A DNA stretch of 64,000 nt. It comes from Treponemataceae bacterium (GTDB taxonomy: Bacteria > Spirochaetota > Spirochaetia > Treponematales > Rectinemataceae). The notes beneath the pieces are model-generated. The model did no database searches and was not told the origin of the DNA. It saw nothing but the letters and a program-made list of their open reading frames with translations. A program made the position numbers and the translations under genes. This document shows positions 57,144-64,000 of the stretch, in pieces; position 1 is the first letter of the stretch, and each line of letters begins with the position of its first letter. The stretch is taken from contig CAXXVZ010000002.1 in the NCBI GenBank assembly GCA_963678065.2, positions 677,669 through 741,668 of the forward strand, read 5' to 3'.

Positions 57144-59144
57144 ATGGCGGAAAAAATAGGCAATTTCGTGTCCGACATCCACAACGAGGACTACGAGTCG
57201 GTCTTCCTGGAGAAGCGGCTCGATTTCCGCGGCCTCGTGAGCGTGGCCGGCCGGAAGGTGGAATCGCTGAACGGCGCCTGGAACTTCGGCGTCGACTGGT
57301 ACGACAGCTGTCGTCGTGCAAACTGGTTCAAGGAAATCTCGGAGGATGCGGAGGGCCGACCCACGCCCCTCGACTACGACTGGGAAGCCTGGGAGCGCAT
57401 GCCGGTTCCCTCTTCGTGGAACATGGAGAGGCCGGAACTCCGCTATTTTGAAGGCTCAGGCATCTACACGCGGAGCTTCCGCTACCTGCCATCTGGAGAC
57501 GCGACTCCAGATGAGCGACCGACTCCAGACGAGGGACCGGCTCCGGCTCCGACTGCGGCTCTGGCCGCGGAATCGGCCGGGGAGCGCGTCTTCCTCCGCT
57601 TCGAGGGCTCGAATTATCGGACGACGGTCTTCCTCAACGGCAGGCTGGTCGGCAGCCATGACGGCGGCTCCACACCCTTCTGCGCCGAGATCACGGACTT
57701 CGTCGGTGTGGACTGCGCACATGCGGACGGCGTGTGCGCCGACAACAGGATCATCGTCGTCGTGGAGGCCCGGCGCAAAAAGGACCGCGTCCCTGGCGAG
57801 AACACCGACTGGTTCAACTACGGCGGCATATACCGCGACCTCCTCCTTTTCAGGACGCCGTGCAGCTTCATCAAAGACTGGTTCCTCCGCCTCGTCCCCG
57901 ACGGGAGCTTCTCGAATCTCGACTTCGACGTCGCGATCGACTCAGGCGACGCCGTCACTGACGGCGTCGAAGCCGGGGCAAGCGGACGCGAAACCTCGCG
58001 CGCGGCTGGAAAGGTTCGACTGAGAATCCCCGAACTCGGCGTCGACATCCTTCTTCCGGTCGCGAATGGTCTGGCTCACACCCGCGTCGCGGCCTCCCCG
58101 CGACTCTGGTCGCCTTCCGGCCCGAAACTTTACGACGTGGAGATCAGCTACATCCCCGACGCGGCGCCAGAAGGCCGACACGGGACGCAAGGCGCCCTCA
58201 CCCACCCCGCGGGCATCGATACAATCCGCGACCGCGTCGGCTTCAGGGAATTCAGCGCGCGCGGCCGGGAACTCCTCCTCAACGGCGAGCCGATATACCT
58301 CAAGGGGATCTGCGTCCACGAGGACCACATCGACAAAGGCAAGAGCACCGACGAGTCGACGATCCGCGCGACCATCCGCCATCTCCGGGAGCTCCACGGC
58401 AACTTCCTGCGACTCGCCCACTACCCGCACGACGGCCGCTTCGCCCACATCGCCGACGAAGAAGGCGTCCTCCTCTGGGAGGAAGTCCCGGTCTACTGGG
58501 CCATCGACTTCGCGAACCCCGCCACCTTCCGGGATGCCGAAAACCAGCTCTCCGAACTCGTCATGCGCGATCGCAACCGCGCGAGCGTCGTCATCTGGTC
58601 GGTCGGCAACGAGAACGCCGACACCGAAGAGCGCTTCTCCTTCATGTCCCGCCTCGCCGCCACAGCGCGACGGCTCGACGGCACGCGTCCGATATCGGCC
58701 GCCTGCCTCATCGACCACGAGCGACTCGCCATCGCGGACCGCCTGGCCGACGAGCTCGACATCATCGGCATCAACGAGTACTACGGCTGGTACGATCCGG
58801 ATTTCGGAAAGCTCCCCCGCATCCTCGCCAACTCCGACCCATCCAAGCCCGTCATCGTCTGCGAGTTCGGCGGCGACGCCCGGAGCGGCCAGCGCGGCAC
58901 CGTGGACGAGCTCTTCACGGAAGACAAGCAGGCGCGGCTCTACGAAAAGCAGATCGAGGTGATCCGGAACTGCCCTTACATAAAGGGTATCAGCCCCTGG
59001 ATCCTCTACGATTTCCGCTGCCCGAGGCGGCTCAACCGCTACCAGGAAGGGTTCAACCGCAAAGGACTCATCGACGCTGACCGCCGGACGAAAAAACTGG
59101 CTTTCGCTGTGCTGGCGAAGTTCTACGCCGCGCGCGGGGGTTGA
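57144..59144 (+). CDS. Glycoside hydrolase family 2 (beta-glucuronidase-like)
   Basis: DWFNYGGIYR, LRLAHYPH, WSVGNE (acid/base), CEFG (nucleophile), NRKGL. Confidence 0.92.
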   Translation: MAEKIGNFVSDIHNEDYESVFLEKRLDFRGLVSVAGRKVESLNGAWNFGVDWYDSCRRANWFKEISEDAEGRPTPLDYDWEAWERMPVPSSWNMERPELRYFEGSGIYTRSFRYLPSGDATPDERPTPDEGPAPAPTAALAAESAGERVFLRFEGSNYRTTVFLNGRLVGSHDGGSTPFCAEITDFVGVDCAHADGVCADNRIIVVVEARRKKDRVPGENTDWFNYGGIYRDLLLFRTPCSFIKDWFLRLVPDGSFSNLDFDVAIDSGDAVTDGVEAGASGRETSRAAGKVRLRIPELGVDILLPVANGLAHTRVAASPRLWSPSGPKLYDVEISYIPDAAPEGRHGTQGALTHPAGIDTIRDRVGFREFSARGRELLLNGEPIYLKGICVHEDHIDKGKSTDESTIRATIRHLRELHGNFLRLAHYPHDGRFAHIADEEGVLLWEEVPVYWAIDFANPATFRDAENQLSELVMRDRNRASVVIWSVGNENADTEERFSFMSRLAATARRLDGTRPISAACLIDHERLAIADRLADELDIIGINEYYGWYDPDFGKLPRILANSDPSKPVIVCEFGGDARSGQRGTVDELFTEDKQARLYEKQIEVIRNCPYIKGISPWILYDFRCPRRLNRYQEGFNRKGLIDADRRTKKLAFAVLAKFYAARGG

Positions 59145-59214
59145 GCAGACATTACGGGCCTCTCTGGATAGTTTTGCGCCACCGGCGGGATTGAGCCGCG
59201 CAGCCCGTGGGAAG

Positions 59215-61224
59215 CTAGGGCTTTGCAGGCGGACAGGTATATGGGTCTCCGGCCTTCAGGACGAGGCTGAATTCGAAATCGCAGGAGAAGACAGTCCCGG
59301 CCGGGCCCATGTGGTAATCGAGGCCGGTGACGACACTCATGCCACCCTCGTGTTCGCGGTGCCCGTGCGAGGACAGGCGGGCGGCGCATCCGGGGACGGA
59401 GCAGGAAACGAGAAGGGCGCGGGCTTTGGAGCCCCCGGCGTCGACGAGAAAGCAACCCGCCTCCCGAGCCGCCGTCACGGCGCAGGGCGTCACGAAGCGC
59501 TCGATCACCTCGACGCCGGGCCGGCTGAACTCGAACTCGTCCCGCAGCCGCAGCCCGCCCGCGTCGTCGCCGTCGAACTCGAAGCGCCGCGTCAGCCGGA
59601 GGAGCGCCTCGCAGCCATAGGCCGGGGCGATATCCATCGTCAGGATCGAAATTTTTCCCTCGCGGCGGAATTCCACATTCCTGGCGCGATGCCCGGCGCC
59701 TTCCATCTGTCCCTGGCCGCCCACGATGGGCAGACTGTGGCCGAAAGACGAGTTGCAGAAGATGGAGTAACGTCTCTCGTTGAAATAGTCCCGCGTGTAT
59801 TCCCCGCGGCCGAGATCGGCGAGAAGCTGCCGCTCGCCCAGAACCAGCTCGAAGGAACCGATGTCGTTGTGGTTGTGCGGCTCGTCGTTGTGGCCGCCCT
59901 TCGCGGCGAAGGCGAGGCTTCCTTCCTTTCGGGCGGGGCAGAGGAGCCACTGCGCATCCGGCAGCCATACCGGCTCAGGCCCCAAGTCCGGCTGCCGGGC
60001 GACTGCGCCCTGACACTCCGCACCACTCACCACCCGGTCGGTCGGGCCGATCTGACCGGCCGGCACCTCGGCCTCTGCCGCAGGGTAGGCCGCCCCGCGC
60101 GTCCACAGAAGATCGCGGAATGACAGACACCATCTCCCGTTGTGATCGTGGCCGAAGCCGGCCGCCAGCGCGCGCGGTGGGGGACTGGCTTCGGGGAATC
60201 TGCGCGCGAGGTAGTCCGCGAGTCCGATCCTGTACCGCTCCTGCGCGGAGCCGTCCGCGAAGCTGACGGCCATGCATTCGTTCAGGTAGCAGCTCTTCTG
60301 GAATGAGGCGACGCGGCGGAATTTTTCATTCGCCATGAGGTCGAGCCGCCCTCCCGTCTCGCGTTCCAGAAGATCCGCGAATGAGGCGAAGAAGCCGACG
60401 CCGTAGGTCCAGTAGCCGAGCCCCTCGAGGCAGGTTCCGTCATCGGCGAAACTTTCGAGGAAGCGCTCGAGCGTGGGAAGAACCCGCGCCAGGATGGCCG
60501 CGAGCTCATCGATATCTTGGACGAGATAGAGGGCCGCGGCGCCGACCGAACCGGCGCAGACGGCGCACCAGTTGTTGCGCATCAGCTCCCAGCGCCAGGG
60601 CTCCGCGCGGGCGAGGAAGGGCACGAGAACGCGGCGCCTGAGTTCGCGCCGGACCCTTTCAGCCACGATCGGCGTCAGTCGGCCTTCGAGGAGGCAGCAG
60701 ATCTCCGCGAGCGCGAAGGCGGTCTCGCAGGAGAAGAGGTCGAGGAGTTCGGGATGGACCACCCCTGCTCCGCCGGGCAGGCAGCGAATATCCAGGCTCG
60801 TTCCCTCGAGGTGGGCCGGCAGGGCCCAGGCGTACTCGTCGCAGATCGCCCAGATCAGGTCTTCGAGGGCGGCGATGTCTTCGGCCCGGCCGAAAAGCCA
60901 GGAGGCGAGGCCCGTCGCGACGAGCCCGCGCCGCCTCTCGAAGTACGGCTCCTCGAAGCGTCGCCTGTCGCCGGACTCGTCGAACATCCGGTAGGAGCCG
61001 AAGGGCAGGCTCGCGACGGGCTTGCCGCGGAACGCGGCGGCGCAGCGCCCGAGCTCCTCGACATAGTCGCGCAGCAGGGGATTCTCCAGAATCTCCCGCA
61101 GCGTCGCGGGTTCCTGCGCCTCCGGACAGGGCCCGGTCCAGTCCACGCCCACGCCCACGCCTGAGCCCGAACCGGAGCGGCGCGGCGCGATCAGAATTCC
61201 CCGAAGTTCAGCCCTTGACGCCAC
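59215..61224 (-). CDS. Heparinase II/III-like protein
   Basis: WALPAH, DLFSCET, NNWCAVC, EGLGYWTYG, KGGHNDEPHNHND.G.F. Start uncertain. Confidence 0.8.
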   Translation of the reverse strand: MASRAELRGILIAPRRSGSGSGVGVGVDWTGPCPEAQEPATLREILENPLLRDYVEELGRCAAAFRGKPVASLPFGSYRMFDESGDRRRFEEPYFERRRGLVATGLASWLFGRAEDIAALEDLIWAICDEYAWALPAHLEGTSLDIRCLPGGAGVVHPELLDLFSCETAFALAEICCLLEGRLTPIVAERVRRELRRRVLVPFLARAEPWRWELMRNNWCAVCAGSVGAAALYLVQDIDELAAILARVLPTLERFLESFADDGTCLEGLGYWTYGVGFFASFADLLERETGGRLDLMANEKFRRVASFQKSCYLNECMAVSFADGSAQERYRIGLADYLARRFPEASPPPRALAAGFGHDHNGRWCLSFRDLLWTRGAAYPAAEAEVPAGQIGPTDRVVSGAECQGAVARQPDLGPEPVWLPDAQWLLCPARKEGSLAFAAKGGHNDEPHNHNDIGSFELVLGERQLLADLGRGEYTRDYFNERRYSIFCNSSFGHSLPIVGGQGQMEGAGHRARNVEFRREGKISILTMDIAPAYGCEALLRLTRRFEFDGDDAGGLRLRDEFEFSRPGVEVIERFVTPCAVTAAREAGCFLVDAGGSKARALLVSCSVPGCAARLSSHGHREHEGGMSVVTGLDYHMGPAGTVFSCDFEFSLVLKAGDPYTCPPAKP

Positions 61225-62053
61225 TGGAAGCCACTCCTTCGACGAAGAATCGCTGCAGCGCGACGAACAGAACGATGACCGGCACGAGAGAGACGAGGGA
61301 TGCCGCCATGATCAGCGAGTACTCCGCCGAGTACTGGGCGATGAACATGCGCAGGCCCAGCTGTATAGTCAGGAGCCTCTCGCTCGAAAGATAGATGAGC
61401 GGCCCCATGAAGTCGTTCCAGACGGTCACGAAGCTGAAAATGGTGAGGGTCGCGAGGGCGGGCTTGGCGAGGGGAATTATGATCCGGGCGTAGATTCCGT
61501 AATCGCCCAGGCCGTCGATGCGCGCCGCGTCGGAGAGTTCCCGCGGTATGCCTATGAAGAACTGGCGCATCATGAACACACCGAAGGCGGTGAATGCCTG
61601 CAGGAGGACGAGCGCGAGGTGCGTGTCGTTCAGGCCGAATTTGCGCATGATTATGTACTGTGGCACCATGTAGACCTGCCAGGGTATGGCGATCGTCGCC
61701 ACATAGCTCAGGAAGAGGAGATCGCGACCCTTGAACTCGAGCCGCGCGAAGGCGTAGGCGGCCAGACTGCTCGTCAACAGCTGGAGGCCGGTGATGATCA
61801 GCGTGAGCTTGGTGGTGTTCAGAAAGAAGGTGAGGAAGGGCACGCGCTGCCAGATGAGCCTGTAGTTTTTCCAGCGCGGATTTTTTGGGATCCACTGGAA
61901 GGGGAAGCGGAACACGTCCTTGTCCATCTGTAGGGAGGCGGCGGCCATCCACGCGAAGGGGAGCAGCATGGTCACGGATAGGGCGACGAGCATGGCGTAG
62001 ATGAGGAGGAGCTGGCTCCGTCTCTGACCATGAACGGGTCCCCGGTCCGTCAT
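61208..62053 (-). CDS. Carbohydrate ABC transporter permease
   Basis: ELSDAARIDG, WNDFMGPL. Confidence 0.92.
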   Translation of the reverse strand: MTDRGPVHGQRRSQLLLIYAMLVALSVTMLLPFAWMAAASLQMDKDVFRFPFQWIPKNPRWKNYRLIWQRVPFLTFFLNTTKLTLIITGLQLLTSSLAAYAFARLEFKGRDLLFLSYVATIAIPWQVYMVPQYIIMRKFGLNDTHLALVLLQAFTAFGVFMMRQFFIGIPRELSDAARIDGLGDYGIYARIIIPLAKPALATLTIFSFVTVWNDFMGPLIYLSSERLLTIQLGLRMFIAQYSAEYSLIMAASLVSLVPVIVLFVALQRFFVEGVASSGVKG

Positions 62054-62940
62054 AGGTAGTTTACCCATTTCTTTTCCACCCTGAATTGGACCACGGTGAT
62101 GCCGAGGACGATGGCGAAGAGCACCAGGGCTATGGCGCTCGAATATCCGAAGTTGAAGGAGACGAAGGCGCTGTCGTATATGGTGAACACGAGAACGTTG
62201 GTCGCGCGGCCGGGGCCGCCTCCCGTCATGACGTAGATCAGGTCGAAGACCTTGAAGCTGGAAATGGTCAGCATCATGGTGACGAAGAAGGTCGCAGGCG
62301 TGAGGAGGGGCACCGTGATGCGCTTGAATGCCTGCCAGGGGCTCGAGCCGTCGATCCGCGCCGCCTCGTAGAGTTCGCGGGGGATGCCCTGCAGGGCGGC
62401 GAGGTAGATGATCATGTAATAGCCGACATTCTTCCAGACGCTCGCCATCATGACGGTCGGCAAGGCCCAGGTCGTGGACGCCGCCCACCGGGGCGGGTTC
62501 TGTATGCCGAGGGCGTGGAGAAGGTTGTTCACCGGCCCCATCGCGGGATGGAACATCATGTTCCAGACCACGGCTATCGCGACGAGCGAGGCGACATAGG
62601 GAAAGAAAAACACGGCGCGGAAAAAGTTCCGCCCCTTCATGTTCCGGTTGAGGAGGACGGCCAGAGCGAGGGAGAGAACCAGGGTCGTCGGCACCGTGCC
62701 GATCACGAACCAGATGGTGTTGAGGGTGGAAATCCTGAATGTCTCGTCGCGCAGCATGCGCGCGAAATTCTTGAGCCCGGCGAAGGTGATCGCGCCCGCC
62801 CCGTCCCAGGACATGAAGGAGAGAGCCAGGGCGAAGATCATCGGCGCCAGCGTGAACGCGGCGAATCCGACCAGGTTCGGCAGGATGAAGGAGTAGGCTA
62901 TGAGGTTCTTTTTCAGCGCCTTGCTCGCGGTTGCGGCCAT
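62050..62940 (-). CDS. Carbohydrate ABC transporter permease
   Basis: ELYEAARIDGS, VMTGGGPG.ATN. Confidence 0.92.
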   Translation of the reverse strand: MAATASKALKKNLIAYSFILPNLVGFAAFTLAPMIFALALSFMSWDGAGAITFAGLKNFARMLRDETFRISTLNTIWFVIGTVPTTLVLSLALAVLLNRNMKGRNFFRAVFFFPYVASLVAIAVVWNMMFHPAMGPVNNLLHALGIQNPPRWAASTTWALPTVMMASVWKNVGYYMIIYLAALQGIPRELYEAARIDGSSPWQAFKRITVPLLTPATFFVTMMLTISSFKVFDLIYVMTGGGPGRATNVLVFTIYDSAFVSFNFGYSSAIALVLFAIVLGITVVQFRVEKKWVNYL

Positions 62941-63112
62941 CGTGAGGAGCCTCCGGGATTTCGGGGTGGGAATGCCGGTCATACGGAAAAATCGGTGGGC
63001 CCGCGCGGGCATTCTCGCGCCGGCGGGTCCACAATACAACGATGAACCCGCGGCGCCGGTACCGGATACCAGAATAGCAACACCGACGCAGGAAGGTTCC
63101 GTTCGGGCCTGA

Positions 63113-64000
63113 TTACTGGCTCAGGGCTTCCTTGACGCGGCGGGACATGTTCGCGAGGCCCTGATCGATCGAAACCGACTCGGTGATGATGAGCTCGTGC
63201 TCCTCGTTGAGAATCTTCTCGATGATGGCGACTTTCGGATGGATGGGCAGCTCGAGGCGGACGGTCTTGGTCACGAGGGCTTCGCCCGAGGCCTTGTCCT
63301 GCGGGAATCCGCTTATATTCTTCATGGCGGCGATGACCTGGTCATTCCTGATGGCGGGCAGAGAGCCGAGCTTGGCGAGTATGCTCGCGCCCTCGGGACC
63401 GGCGAAGAACTTGATGAAATCCCAGGAGGCATCCTTGTTCGCCGACTTGGAGTTGATCGCGAGGGAAGTGATGGTTCCGGCCGTGGTTCCAGCCTCGACG
63501 CCCTTGGGATGCGGGAATTTGACGATACCCCAGTTCATGTCGGCCGTTCCGTCCTTGATCTTGCTGATCAGGGTTCCGATGAACCAGGAGCCCATCGGGA
63601 GCATCGCGATCTGCTCGTTGTAGAACACGCCGGAGTAGTGGATGTTGCCGACTTTGAGGGAGGCGAAGTCCATGATGGTCTTGTCTTTCTGCATCTTGAG
63701 GATCATCTCGTACATGGGCTTCATGAAGGAATAATCCGCCGTGATGATGGAATGCTTTCCGTCCTGGACAGTGGCGAGCTGGACGGTGGAGCGCCAGATG
63801 TGGTGATGCGACCCGTAGACCCTGTCGACGCCGGTTCCGGAGGAGATCTTGCGCGCGAGCTCGGCGTACTGGTCCCAGGTCATGTCGTTGGTCGGATAGG
63901 CGACGCCGGCCTTGTTGAAGATATCTTTGTTGTAATACATGATCCAGATGTCGCTGCGGAAGGGCAGGGCGTACAGGGCTCCGTCCACGGTGATCTCGTC
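63113..64000 (-). CDS. Carbohydrate ABC transporter substrate-binding protein (5' end outside the window)
   Basis: LYALPFR, YYNKDIF.KAGV.YP, MTWDQY. Confidence 0.9.
   Translation of the reverse strand, partial: DEITVDGALYALPFRSDIWIMYYNKDIFNKAGVAYPTNDMTWDQYAELARKISSGTGVDRVYGSHHHIWRSTVQLATVQDGKHSIITADYSFMKPMYEMILKMQKDKTIMDFASLKVGNIHYSGVFYNEQIAMLPMGSWFIGTLISKIKDGTADMNWGIVKFPHPKGVEAGTTAGTITSLAINSKSANKDASWDFIKFFAGPEGASILAKLGSLPAIRNDQVIAAMKNISGFPQDKASGEALVTKTVRLELPIHPKVAIIEKILNEEHELIITESVSIDQGLANMSRRVKEALSQ

Overview
A GC-rich chromosomal window from a saccharolytic diderm bacterium. A spirochaete is plausible from the gene content, but that is only an inference. From left to right it contains: (1) 1-10.3 kb, three MalT-type STAND-ATPase/TPR/LuxR regulators with small membrane proteins (two DUF6326-like, one DUF4386-like), an XRE regulator, stray fragments of regulator paralogues and leaderless-type promoters; (2) 10.4-14.3 kb, an RsrR-like Rrf2 regulator/FMN-binding protein pair, a DUF4180 gene, a YjjG-like HAD and an MFS pump; (3) 14.4-28 kb, three carbohydrate ABC systems with a HAD, a MATE, an ADP-ribosylglycohydrolase and a TIM-barrel epimerase; (4) a cobalamin riboswitch ahead of a TonB-dependent receptor and TonB; (5) 31.9-46.9 kb, a sugar/nucleoside catabolic region with two DhnA aldolases, two Zn dehydrogenases, FGGY, PfkB and NAD-kinase-like kinases, a BMP ABC transporter, SorC and Cys-rich MerR regulators and an amidohydrolase; (6) about 47-56.2 kb, a visibly AT-richer decayed defence island with IS3 remnants, an intact operon of C5 methyltransferase, MORC-ATPase/histidine-kinase fusion, response regulator and Vsr (no recognisable restriction nuclease), an AlbA_2/Schlafen-like gene and remnants of rhuM and hsdR; (7) a DUF2264 pseudogene, a GH2, a heparinase II/III-like gene and a fourth sugar ABC system. 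I saw no rRNA, tRNA, CRISPR array or integrase. All family assignments come from motif recognition by eye, not database searches.
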